DNA of 64,000 nt from the NCBI GenBank assembly GCA_934699525.1, contig CAKUWP010000001.1:61140-125139 (forward strand). Reading direction: 5' to 3'. The position numbers and the translations under genes were made by a program. The DNA comes from an uncultured Bacilli bacterium. GTDB lineage: Bacteria > Bacillota_I > Bacilli_A > RFN20 > CAG-826. Positions within the stretch are counted from its first letter, which is position 1; each line of letters begins with the position of its first letter. The notes under the pieces were generated by a model. That model searched no databases. It had not been told where the DNA came from and saw only the letters and a program-made list of their open reading frames with translations. This document shows, one piece after another, positions 30,038 to 39,342 of the stretch.

Positions 30038-30334
30038 CTAGATTTTCTTGATAATTTCCATCGTCTCAGGAATCACTTCCATCTTCCCATTTTTGATGTC
30101 ATCGGCGACGCAGGAAGAAAGATGTTCTTCTAATAAGAGATAAGCGATGCTTTGAAGCGCATGTTCGGCAGCGCTCACTTGAACGAGGACGTCCCCGCAA
30201 TAACGATCCCCTTCAATCATGTCGCAGATGCCATTTAATTGGCCGGCAACGCGGTGGAGTCGGGAGATGATGGCTTTCTTGTCCTTTTCATCCCGAGGGG
30301 TGTGTTTCTTCTTATAGCAGCATTCGTGTTCCAT
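30038..30334 (-). CDS. csoR: CsoR-family copper-sensing transcriptional repressor
   Basis: 98-aa protein with CsoR/RcnR-like C...H...C residues, directly upstream of copA. Confidence 0.8.
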   Translation of the reverse strand: MEHECCYKKKHTPRDEKDKKAIISRLHRVAGQLNGICDMIEGDRYCGDVLVQVSAAEHALQSIAYLLLEEHLSSCVADDIKNGKMEVIPETMEIIKKI

Positions 30335-30433
30335 GAGCAGCTCCTTTACGCCAACAAATAATATACCCCCATAGGGTATGTTGCAAAGAGAAAAACCTCT
30401 TTTGGACTCGCCGTTATTTAGACACCCGCTTCC

Positions 30434-31048
30434 TCACTGGGAAAGTGATTCGAAAGTATCGAGAACCTCATGACACATAAAATTTTCGATACTCGGGGCA
30501 TTTCCTTTAATGGGACCCGTAATGGATAAATAAACAATATCAACGCCTTTTTTCTCGGTGACGAAATCTAGAATCGCCAATGCAGGGTCGGTCTTATTTT
30601 TGTTTAGCAAGCTCATTGGGTTAACCGTCTTCCCGCCCGTAAAACCCAAGGTGAAGGTTCCATCGGTCGCAGCAAGTAGGCAGATAACGCGACCGGACAC
30701 AAGTTTTTCCTGGACCGCGAGAATCCGATCGAAGAACGTTCCAATGTTCCGAATGTTTCTGGCTTTAAGGCGGACCGTACCCTTTTGCTGTGGCGTTGCC
30801 TCACAGTCGAAATCATCGAGAGACAAGGAACCATCAACCGCCTTAAAGAAGAATTCTTTTGGGGAAAGGCTCGTGTCGACCCCGGTCAAATGCAGGAAGT
30901 TATCCGCGTGGAATCGAATCACGTATTCGCTTCGAAAGCGGAATGCATCCGATTTCACAACAAAATCAAAACCCAAAAGGCTTTGGTAAGACTTCGCGCC
31001 AGTTAGGATAGAATCAAGGACGTTTTCTTTAAAACTCTTCGTTTCCAT
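30434..31048 (-). CDS. hypothetical protein (no family recognised)
   Basis: 204-aa ORF; start codon lies 13 bp from the IS inverted repeat; no obvious SD. Confidence 0.5.
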   Translation of the reverse strand: METKSFKENVLDSILTGAKSYQSLLGFDFVVKSDAFRFRSEYVIRFHADNFLHLTGVDTSLSPKEFFFKAVDGSLSLDDFDCEATPQQKGTVRLKARNIRNIGTFFDRILAVQEKLVSGRVICLLAATDGTFTLGFTGGKTVNPMSLLNKNKTDPALAILDFVTEKKGVDIVYLSITGPIKGNAPSIENFMCHEVLDTFESLSQ

Positions 31049-31060
31049 AGCAAGAATAAA

Positions 31061-32520
31061 AGGTCTCTAAAGTTTAGTGGGGTTTGATACCCCCTCTAAA
31101 GTTAAGTGGGGACTCACGGAAAAGACGTAAAGTTTAGTGGGGACCCCAAAAGGCGCTTTGCGGAGCGACACTTTGGCAAAGGGTCGCACGTCGTCACATA
31201 TAGAAAATGCAGCCTGGCTTGCTAATCTTTTCTTGTTTCAAAAAAGCAACAAGGAGGCTGCATGAAATATGATAGCAAATATCTCTGCGACACGCTTGGG
31301 ATCGACCCCGGCGGCGTGGAGTCGATCGAGGAGGCCCAAACGGATTCGGGGCCCGTTTACCACATCACGCTGGCGGCGAGGGCCGCGCGCTGCCCCGCCT
31401 GTGGCGGAACGCGGTGCAAAAGCAAAGGCCACACGGTAAGGAGATTAAGCCATTCCCTCTTCGTCGACCGCGACGCGACTTTCATCGTCAGGCAAAAGAG
31501 GATGAAATGCTCCGATTGCGAACGAACCTTCGTCCTCCAATCCGAGCTTTCGAGGCCGAGGGGGAGGGTAAGCAGGGCGACCGAGAGGCTGATTCTTTCG
31601 GAATTGATGGATCCCAGCGCGACCTTCAAATCCGTCGCGAGGAGGGCGAGGACGACGCCGACGACCGTCATGAACGTCTTCGATCGATACTGCTCGGCCC
31701 CGAGGAAGGCGCTCCCGAGGATTCTATGCATCGACGAATGCTACGGGAAAGGGCAATTCAACGAGCCGTATTGCCTCGTTCTCCTCGACTTCGAGACGAA
31801 AAAGGTCGTCGACGTGCTCGAGGGAAGGGATTCGGCGAGGTTTTCCAAATACCTATCCTCAATCCCGGAAAGCGAGAGGGCGTCGGTGGATTTCGTCTGC
31901 ATCGACATGTGGGAGCCCTACCTCGCCGCCGCCGAGCGTTGGCTCCCGAACGCAATCGTCTGCGTCGATTCCTTCCACGTCATGGAAAACCTCGTTCGCG
32001 CCGTGGACCGCGTCCGATGCCGCGTCATGAGGGGTTGGGCCGGCGGAAGCGACGAGCATTATCTTCTGAAGAAATTCGACCATTTGATTTATTCGACGCG
32101 CGTATCCCCACGGGGAAAGAAAATCAAAGTCGACAAATTCCACGGCTGGCGCAGCGCCTACGAGCTCAGGGAGCAGCTCCTGAGGATAGACCCGCAATTG
32201 AGGATCGCCAATTCGTTCGTCAGGGTGAACGGGCGCAGGATAAGCAACGGCCCGATCGAGGGCACGAACAACCAACTGAAGAAGGTGATGAGGGTCGCCG
32301 ACGGCGTCACTTCGTTCCCGCGCTTCCGAGCGAGGATAATGTACGTTTGCAACAAGGAGATTTCGATGTCGCCGTCGAAAAGCACCAAGGGCACGGGGAA
32401 GAAAAGGGGTAAATACAAAAAGGGGACATAGAAAATGTCCGAACCCCATCGGGATTCGGGCAGCAGTCCCCACTAAACTTTAGTTCTTTGAGGGGGTGTC
32501 CCCACTAAACTTTAGAGAGC
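31061..32520 (+). mobile_element. ISL3-family insertion sequence (~1.46 kb), high-GC relative to flanks
   Basis: Terminal inverted repeats GGTCTCTAAAGTTTAGTGGGG (31061-31081) / CCCCACTAAACTTTAGAGAGCC (32499-32520); flanking near-identical direct repeat GAATAAAA (31053-31060) / GAAATAAAA (32522-32530); sub-terminal copies of AAAGTTTAGTGGGGA motif; encodes ISL3 transposase. Confidence 0.85.
31262..32431 (+). CDS. ISL3-family transposase
   Basis: N-terminal zf-ISL3-like CPACGG...CSDCERTF, DDE core ILCIDECYGKG, DMWEPY, VCVDSFHVMEN; AAGGAGG RBS. Confidence 0.85.
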   Translation: MKYDSKYLCDTLGIDPGGVESIEEAQTDSGPVYHITLAARAARCPACGGTRCKSKGHTVRRLSHSLFVDRDATFIVRQKRMKCSDCERTFVLQSELSRPRGRVSRATERLILSELMDPSATFKSVARRARTTPTTVMNVFDRYCSAPRKALPRILCIDECYGKGQFNEPYCLVLLDFETKKVVDVLEGRDSARFSKYLSSIPESERASVDFVCIDMWEPYLAAAERWLPNAIVCVDSFHVMENLVRAVDRVRCRVMRGWAGGSDEHYLLKKFDHLIYSTRVSPRGKKIKVDKFHGWRSAYELREQLLRIDPQLRIANSFVRVNGRRISNGPIEGTNNQLKKVMRVADGVTSFPRFRARIMYVCNKEISMSPSKSTKGTGKKRGKYKKGT

Positions 32521-33048
32521 CGAAATAAAAAATGGCGTTTTTAGGTGCGCCACCACTGAGCGGACAGGTTTTAGGTCTCTGGCCCGACTGACGCAGGGGT
32601 ATTAGGTCCCTCCTGCTGGACACCATTATATTAGATGAAACAGATAGGTAAGGCAAGTACCCCTAGCCCTGTAGTGATAACCGTTAGTCGGAAACGTTTT
32701 AGGAGTTTGGGGCACCTTGCCACGCCTGTAACGCGCATTACATAACTGGTTTTTCGAGTTCAGACTCGTTTGGCAACTACGTATTCAGCGCCATTCGGGG
32801 TATCCCGCTGTACCTTCGCGTCCATTCCATCCCCTGACTAGGTAAGGCGCCCTTCCTATTCCCATTAGTTATTCGCCAGAGATTTTGTGTTTTCCACTCC
32901 CTTCGATTTTGCTTCATCTCATTTGAAATAGAACAAATGCTTCCTGCCATCCGACCACGAATAAGCACAAGAGATTGTCCCCTATTGTTTACTTGGTCTT
33001 TCCAATTATAATATTTTTATAGTTGACCCAGTAAACGGAGGGCCCTTT

Positions 33049-34089
33049 ATGGAATACGTCGAAACCGATTTGATGCTTCTTAATTCAAGGAAATACAGCT
33101 ACGAAAAAGAGGTTTCAGAGGAGCAAGAACTCACCTTTCGTTATTTTGACGAAATTTGTGAGGAAAATCAGATCCCCCACGAAAAAAGGAATCTTTGTTC
33201 CTTCCGCATGATCAATAAATTCGGCAAATACACCAATTTGGCCTTAATGATGTCGGATCAATCCCCCATCGTCGTCAAATTTGCAAAATACGATAAAAAT
33301 TTAAACTTCACGACCAAAAAGGAATATGGCGGTTCCTTGCTAAAAGTCCTAAATAACGTATTGGAGAACGCCGCCAACTATAACGATGTATCCGCGGTGA
33401 TCAGCCGCGACTCCTGGCAGCGAATCGAAACCGTTTCCTACCCTGGAGCCTCCTTGCGAGAAGGGATTTTGAATGCGTTTTGCCACAGCAACTACTTCAT
33501 CCGTTCCAACATTAAAGTCGAGTTTTTTGAGGATCGGGTTAAAATCACAAACCCCGGGGGGATCTTTCAAGCCACGTTGAAACAAATTATGGAAGGGGTG
33601 CAAACCTACCGGAATCCCGGGCTCGTTAACATTCTTAACAAACTGCATTATATTGAAAATTTCGGAACGGGGATTCCCCGTATTTTGGAAGCCTATCGCG
33701 GGGCCAAGAAACAACCTATTTTCGACCCAAGCGATAACTTCTTTCTCCTTACCCTTCCGAACTTAAACTACCGGGAAAATAAAGTTGACCCAGTAAATGA
33801 CCCAGTAAATGACCCAGTAAACATTGACTGGGCTTCGGGACATTATTTTAAAGACGATCGGCTAGGGGAAACCGAAACCTCTTTGCTTAGAACCATCTCC
33901 TCCAACCCTGGGTTGAACGCGAACAAATTATTAGAAAAAGCTAAAAAAGAAAATGAGGCAGTCACCTTGGATATCGTTAAGAACACAATTAAGCGAAAAT
34001 TAGCCCATTACGTCGAATTCAAAGGCGCCCCGAAAACAGGGGGGTATTATCTCAAAGAGAAATCGTCTTCTCAAAAATCCTGTCATTAA
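33049..34089 (+). CDS. putative transcriptional regulator with HATPase_c_4 (RecG-like C-terminal) domain and C-terminal winged HTH
   Basis: RNPGLVNILNKLHYIENFGTGIPRI motif typical of the HATPase_c_4/Schlafen-like regulator family; (DPVN)x3 linker. Confidence 0.6.
   Translation: MEYVETDLMLLNSRKYSYEKEVSEEQELTFRYFDEICEENQIPHEKRNLCSFRMINKFGKYTNLALMMSDQSPIVVKFAKYDKNLNFTTKKEYGGSLLKVLNNVLENAANYNDVSAVISRDSWQRIETVSYPGASLREGILNAFCHSNYFIRSNIKVEFFEDRVKITNPGGIFQATLKQIMEGVQTYRNPGLVNILNKLHYIENFGTGIPRILEAYRGAKKQPIFDPSDNFFLLTLPNLNYRENKVDPVNDPVNDPVNIDWASGHYFKDDRLGETETSLLRTISSNPGLNANKLLEKAKKENEAVTLDIVKNTIKRKLAHYVEFKGAPKTGGYYLKEKSSSQKSCH
33786..33821 (+). repeat. 12-bp tandem repeat (GACCCAGTAAAT)x3 encoding DPVN-DPVN-DPVN
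   Basis: Read directly; the same GACCCAGTAAAC motif also occurs at 33024-33035 in the 5' leader of the same gene. Confidence 0.9.
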
Positions 34090-34583
34090 CCAATGAAATG
34101 CACACGGTCTAGTTCAAAAGTCTCGCGTGGTTTTGGGTCATAAGCGGGATAGCCAATCGCAAAGAGGGCAAAGGCCCGCAATTCTTTGGGAGCGTCTAAC
34201 AAAGCTTCCACCGCTTTTTCGCGTTCTTCTTTTGGGGCGATGCCTAGCATGACCGATCCTAGTCCCTGGGAGGTTGCTTCTAACATCAAATTTTCGCTGG
34301 CAATTCCACAATCAATATCTTGATAAGCGGGGCAAAGGGAATCCCGACGAACCATCATGGCAATGCCAAGAGGAGCTTCCCCAATCGGTTTGGAATAGGG
34401 GCTCACTTCTCCTAGTTTCTTTAATAATTCCGAATCACGAATCACATAAAATTCCCAGGGCCTTTGATTCATCGCGCTGGGGGAAGACATCGCCGCGGCA
34501 AGGATTTCTTGAATCTTTTCTTCCTCAACGGGGCGATTTTCGTAATGACGGATCGACCGTCTTTTGGAAATGGCTTCTAGCAT
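34086..34583 (-). CDS. nitroreductase-family protein
   Basis: N-terminus MLEAISKRRSIRHY typical of nitroreductases; AAGGAGG RBS. Confidence 0.8.
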   Translation of the reverse strand: MLEAISKRRSIRHYENRPVEEEKIQEILAAAMSSPSAMNQRPWEFYVIRDSELLKKLGEVSPYSKPIGEAPLGIAMMVRRDSLCPAYQDIDCGIASENLMLEATSQGLGSVMLGIAPKEEREKAVEALLDAPKELRAFALFAIGYPAYDPKPRETFELDRVHFIG

Positions 34584-35413
34584 TAAAATTCCTCCTTGCA
34601 GAAACTCCGGAAGAAGGACGCACAATCTTCCTTCCATCTTTTGAAGCGGGGGTCATAGCAATCCGCGGGGTACATGGAGGTAATTTCTTTGGAACCATCC
34701 GATAATCCATGGGGTCCTTTGGGGTAAACGTGGAGTTCAACGGGGACTCCAACTTTAGCACAGGCCAAGGCATAGGATATTCCGTGTTCGCAGGGCACGG
34801 ATTGGTCGGTCGCGGTCAAGCAAATAAAAGCGGGAGGGTTATCTTTTTGGACGTGATTCTCTAAGGACAATTCTTTCCGAAGCTCTTCTTTTTTGCTTTC
34901 TTCGATTCCCTGCAATAAGTTATCAATCGTGCCCGCATTGGTCCTTTGACTCGTAATAACGGGATAGATTAATCCAATGCCATGAAGAATGGGGTTTAAG
35001 GAATATTCTTTCTTCCAATCTTTCGCCTTTTGGGCCAAAGTGCCTACAAGGTGTCCCCCGGCAGAAAATCCAATCGCGAAAATTTCATCAGGATTTACAA
35101 AATAGCTAGAAGCGTGCTTCTTGAGATAATCCACCGCGCAAGCAAGCTCTAAGGACTCTTCTGGATAATGGACCCCGTCGCTAACGGTTTTATAGGTTAA
35201 GACAAAAGTTTGGAACCCTAAGGCCAGGAAGGAGGCGGCCACGCTAAACCCTTCCCGCTTGCTCACCATCGCATAGGCTCCTCCCGGAACGACGATAACG
35301 GCAGGACGAACGAGAGGAGTGCTATCCCCGTCAAAACAATAAGGAAGGCAAAAAGGGGTTAATTCCCCGCCTTGCAAAAACGAATAATGAGTGGTTAAGT
35401 GAATCGGTTCCAT
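34583..35413 (-). CDS. alpha/beta-hydrolase fold esterase/lipase
   Basis: GFSAGG nucleophile elbow, HGxxD near C-terminus. Confidence 0.75.
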   Translation of the reverse strand: MEPIHLTTHYSFLQGGELTPFCLPYCFDGDSTPLVRPAVIVVPGGAYAMVSKREGFSVAASFLALGFQTFVLTYKTVSDGVHYPEESLELACAVDYLKKHASSYFVNPDEIFAIGFSAGGHLVGTLAQKAKDWKKEYSLNPILHGIGLIYPVITSQRTNAGTIDNLLQGIEESKKEELRKELSLENHVQKDNPPAFICLTATDQSVPCEHGISYALACAKVGVPVELHVYPKGPHGLSDGSKEITSMYPADCYDPRFKRWKEDCASFFRSFCKEEF

Positions 35414-35573
35414 ACACGTCCCTTCTTTCTTTACTCTATTTTATCGCAGTCTTTCAATCTCAATTCTTCTTTTTTCTTCCCATTATTTTTCTTGTTTTAT
35501 TCCGCTTACAGGCGACGCCTTGAAGAAAAAGAAAGAAAGATGGCAAAATCTAGCCATAAGCGACAACGTGAAT

Positions 35574-36218
35574 ATGATTATTTCATTTTTGGGAGATTCC
35601 ATCACGGAAGGGGTCGGTGCGACCTCTCGTGAAAATCGATTTAGCTCGGTTTTATGCCGAAAAGTCGGCGCCATCGAAGAGAATTACGGCTTAAGCGGCA
35701 CCCGCATTGCCCGTCAAAGGGTCCATTATGGCGATGTTCCGGACGAGGATTTTATTATCCGTACCCGTTGGATGGATCCTAAGGCCGACTTCGTCTTTGT
35801 TTTTGGGGGGGCGAATGACTTCGGGCATGGGGATGCTCCCATCGGCCAAAAAGGAGACGACACCCCCTTCACCTTCTATGGGGCAATGAAGCAACTTTGC
35901 GACATTCTCTTAGAAAAATACGGGAAAGATAAGGTCTGCTTTATTTTGCCAACCCCCCGTTATAGTCAGGACTTTCCGAATAATAACGGAGTCAAAACCT
36001 GGGGGAACTTTCCCGCGTTAGAAGGGTATCGCGAAGTTATGCGGGACGTTTTATCCTCCTACCACTTCGATACCTTGGAATTAAACGCGTTGCCCGATCA
36101 CCCCAAACAAGGGCCTAGCGAATTCTATAAAGATGGTCTTCATCCTAATGACAAAGGGCATGAAGCCATTGCCGATGAATTATATCGTTACCTTCAAAAG
36201 AAGGGCCTCGCCCATTAA
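35574..36218 (+). CDS. SGNH/GDSL-family hydrolase
   Basis: FLGDSITEG block I, DGLHPN block V; start could alternatively be TTG at 35520. Confidence 0.75.
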   Translation: MIISFLGDSITEGVGATSRENRFSSVLCRKVGAIEENYGLSGTRIARQRVHYGDVPDEDFIIRTRWMDPKADFVFVFGGANDFGHGDAPIGQKGDDTPFTFYGAMKQLCDILLEKYGKDKVCFILPTPRYSQDFPNNNGVKTWGNFPALEGYREVMRDVLSSYHFDTLELNALPDHPKQGPSEFYKDGLHPNDKGHEAIADELYRYLQKKGLAH

Positions 36219-36232
36219 GGAGAAATAGAGCT

Positions 36233-38245
36233 ATGAACTTTCATGAAAAGAAACCCTTCCTCCATTGTTTGCGGGCTCAAATTTACCCCGACCAATATGC
36301 GGAAGAACGCATCGCCCAAACCGCCTCGTGGTGCGAAAAATACGGCATCCAAAACGTCATCCTCTTCTTTAACGGAGAGGAATATAACGTCGGGCATATT
36401 ACCAAAGAACAGTTGCTGCCTTGGCTAGAAGTCATCAAAAAAGCCAAAAAAGAATTTGCCAAAAAAGGCATCAGCACTTCTTTGAATCCATGGTTTGAAC
36501 TCGGGCATGTTGACCGGGGACGCACCCTTCAACCGGGGCAGCATTTCCAAACCATGGTGGACCGCTTTGGAAATACCTGCACCTTAACCGCCTGCCCTTT
36601 GGATGAAGAATGGAAGTCTTATTATCTAAATTTAATGGCTTTCTATGTCCAAGAAGTCGAACCCGAAGTGCTTTGGATTGAGGATGATTTCCGCCTTCAT
36701 AACCACGATCCCCTTTCTTGGGGTGGCTGCTGGTGCCCCCATCATATGGAGGCCTTTGCCAAAGCCCTTGGAAAAAAGGAAACCCGCGAGGAATTTGTAA
36801 GCCACCTTGAAGAAAAAGACCCCAGCTCAGAAAGAAAAGTTTGGCTGGACGTTTCTTGGGAAACGATGGACGGCTTAGCCAAAGACATTGCCAAAACGGT
36901 GAAAGACCTTCATATTCCTACTTCCATTGGGCTAATGAGCAGCACGCCTTTCCAGCATGCGATGGAAGCAAGAAACTGGGTCCAGCTTCACGAAGACCTT
37001 TGCTACGACGGCCACAAAATCGATCGCTTGCATCTCCCCGCCTATCGCGAAATGGGAGCCAAATCCTATTATTTTGATTTCAACCGCATCACGATGGTGA
37101 ATCGTTCCTTCCTAGGAGACGACTGCGATATCTATCCCGAACTCGAAAACAGTTCCTATAGCGATTTTGTCAAAGACCCCAAATTCCTTTCCTTCCAACT
37201 CGAAGGGGCGTTGCCCGTCGGCATTCAGGGAATGACCTATAACATCTTCCAATGCGCGGGGAATGGTTGCCAGGAAGAACTAGGTTACGGCCCGGTCATT
37301 CAAGGGCTTAACCCTTACCTCAACGCGGTTAAAGATTTGGATTTAAAGCCCTCCAAGATGCGGGGCATTGTTTTCCCCATCGACGAAAAGACCGTCTATC
37401 ACCGTAAAAAACAGGGTTTCTTAAATCTTATCCCCGATGATTTTGATGCGATTGGATACCTCTCTTCGCTAGGGTATTCCTACGTTTGCAGCAAAGAAAA
37501 GAAATTTGAGAATCAAGTCGTCGCCCTCATCAACCAAAATGTTTATAACTTCTCCGATGAAGAGCTTCGCGATCTATTCGCCCATAACTTTATCTATTTG
37601 GATGGTGGGGCCGTATTGGCTTTGCAGGACCGGGGGTTATTATCCTTAATCCACGGCAAGGAAGCCACCTTCCGCGGCCAAGCCCATAGGTACGACTGCT
37701 TTGAAATGTTAGAACAAGGAACGCTTCATGACATGCACCATTATCGGGCTTCCAGCCAACGTCGCGCGGGAGATTACGTCAAAATCGAATACGAAGACGG
37801 AATTCAAATCCCTACAGGCCTCTATGATCCGTTCATGAAGCGGACAGGAAATGGGATTGCCATCGGAACGAACTTCTTCGTCTATCCTTACGTTTTAAAA
37901 GGAACGGAGTCCACAGACTATTTTGTGGAATTGCGTCGAAAAATGATGGAGCAGCACTTCTTATCCCACGTCTCCACCCCTCTAGTCTATGTTCATCACG
38001 ATGCCGTTTATCCTTATCTTTATCGGCAAAACGAACACACGTATGCCCTCTTTTTAAGCAATGCGAATTATAACGACTTCTCTTCCCTTGAAATTAGTCT
38101 TAAGGGAATTAGCCCCAAGAAAGTTGCAGTTTTGGACCACGATGGAAATTGGAGAGAAGCCCATTATGAATTAGAAGAAGGGACGCTTCATCTCCACGAA
38201 AAGCTTGGTTATCTTTCCACGTTAACCCTGCTTTTAGAAGAATAA
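36233..38245 (+). CDS. hypothetical 670-aa protein (possible novel glycoside-hydrolase-like enzyme)
   Basis: AAGGAGAAA RBS; no family recognised; embedded between SGNH hydrolase/esterase and ROK kinase genes. Confidence 0.6.
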   Translation: MNFHEKKPFLHCLRAQIYPDQYAEERIAQTASWCEKYGIQNVILFFNGEEYNVGHITKEQLLPWLEVIKKAKKEFAKKGISTSLNPWFELGHVDRGRTLQPGQHFQTMVDRFGNTCTLTACPLDEEWKSYYLNLMAFYVQEVEPEVLWIEDDFRLHNHDPLSWGGCWCPHHMEAFAKALGKKETREEFVSHLEEKDPSSERKVWLDVSWETMDGLAKDIAKTVKDLHIPTSIGLMSSTPFQHAMEARNWVQLHEDLCYDGHKIDRLHLPAYREMGAKSYYFDFNRITMVNRSFLGDDCDIYPELENSSYSDFVKDPKFLSFQLEGALPVGIQGMTYNIFQCAGNGCQEELGYGPVIQGLNPYLNAVKDLDLKPSKMRGIVFPIDEKTVYHRKKQGFLNLIPDDFDAIGYLSSLGYSYVCSKEKKFENQVVALINQNVYNFSDEELRDLFAHNFIYLDGGAVLALQDRGLLSLIHGKEATFRGQAHRYDCFEMLEQGTLHDMHHYRASSQRRAGDYVKIEYEDGIQIPTGLYDPFMKRTGNGIAIGTNFFVYPYVLKGTESTDYFVELRRKMMEQHFLSHVSTPLVYVHHDAVYPYLYRQNEHTYALFLSNANYNDFSSLEISLKGISPKKVAVLDHDGNWREAHYELEEGTLHLHEKLGYLSTLTLLLEE

Positions 38246-38361
38246 TCCAGTGGCCTATCCCTTGATTTGTTGCTTAAATTTGTTTCTTTTTGCTCGATTT
38301 GTTTTTCCTTCTTTTCAAGCCCATTAAAAAACCCTATGTTATAGGCAAACAGGAGCAATGC

Positions 38362-39327
38362 ATGAGAAAAGTAGCACTTGGTATTGATATCGGTGGCATG
38401 TCCATCAAATCCGCCTTTATGGATGAAGAGGGGACCATTAGTCAGAAATTTGTCCTCCCCGTCCCAAAAGGAGAAGACCAATACGTCACGATGAATCGTT
38501 TGATCGACGCTTGCAAAGTCGCGATTGCGAATTTGCCAGAAGGCGATCTCTTGGTGGGAATTGGTTGCGGCGTCCCCGGGGCTATCAATACTTTCACGGG
38601 TTTTTGCGATTATTCCAATAACCTCGGTTGGAGAAATTTACCGGTTGCTTCCTTATTAGAAAAAGCCCTCGGCTATCCCGTTAAAATCGATAACGATGCG
38701 AATGCCGCGATGCTAGGAGAAATCAAATTTGGATGCGCAAAGCGTTACCATAACGCAGTCCTCATCACCATTGGCACAGGCATTGGAGGCGGTTTATACC
38801 TCGATGACCATCTTTATGTGGGCAATCAAGGAAAAGGAGCCGAACTTGGCCACATGGTGATCGTGGATAACGGCATCCCCTGCACCTGTGGAAGAAAAGG
38901 TTGCTTAGAAAGCTATGCTTCCGCGACCGCCTTGCTTCGCATGACCAAAGAAGCGATGGAAAAACATCCCGAGTCCTTGATGTGGCGGCTTTGCCCCGAC
39001 ATGAACCAAGTCGGTGGAGCGTTGCCTTTTGAGGCGGCGAAAAAAGGAGATGCCGTCGCGCAGGAAGTCTTAGATACTTACATTCATTATTTAGGCGAAG
39101 GCTGCTTGAATTTTGCCAATATCTTCCGCCCGGAAGCGATCATCCTTGCCGGTGGCGTTTCCGAGCAAGGCGAGAATTTGCGGCGTCCTTTGGCCCAATA
39201 TCTAGAAGACCGTGGATACGGATTTGGAACGGGTTTGGTTCCGAAGGTCGATATCCTCATTTCTGAGCTGGGCGCGGACATGGGAATCTACGGGGCCGGC
39301 GCATTGGGATTCGACGTGGCTAAATAA
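38362..39327 (+). CDS. ROK-family sugar kinase (glucokinase-like)
   Basis: LGIDIGGMSIK N-terminus, ROK zinc motif CTCGRKGCLE. Confidence 0.85.
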   Translation: MRKVALGIDIGGMSIKSAFMDEEGTISQKFVLPVPKGEDQYVTMNRLIDACKVAIANLPEGDLLVGIGCGVPGAINTFTGFCDYSNNLGWRNLPVASLLEKALGYPVKIDNDANAAMLGEIKFGCAKRYHNAVLITIGTGIGGGLYLDDHLYVGNQGKGAELGHMVIVDNGIPCTCGRKGCLESYASATALLRMTKEAMEKHPESLMWRLCPDMNQVGGALPFEAAKKGDAVAQEVLDTYIHYLGEGCLNFANIFRPEAIILAGGVSEQGENLRRPLAQYLEDRGYGFGTGLVPKVDILISELGADMGIYGAGALGFDVAK

Positions 39328-39342
39328 GCTTGCTAGTTAGAA

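Noticed and set aside
31414-32473. Long ORFs inside the IS in alternate frames/strand (332-aa Arg-rich +, 204-aa and 124-aa -)
   Set aside because: Artefacts of the high GC content of the ISL3 transposase gene; compositionally biased, no RBS, fully overlapped by the bona fide transposase.
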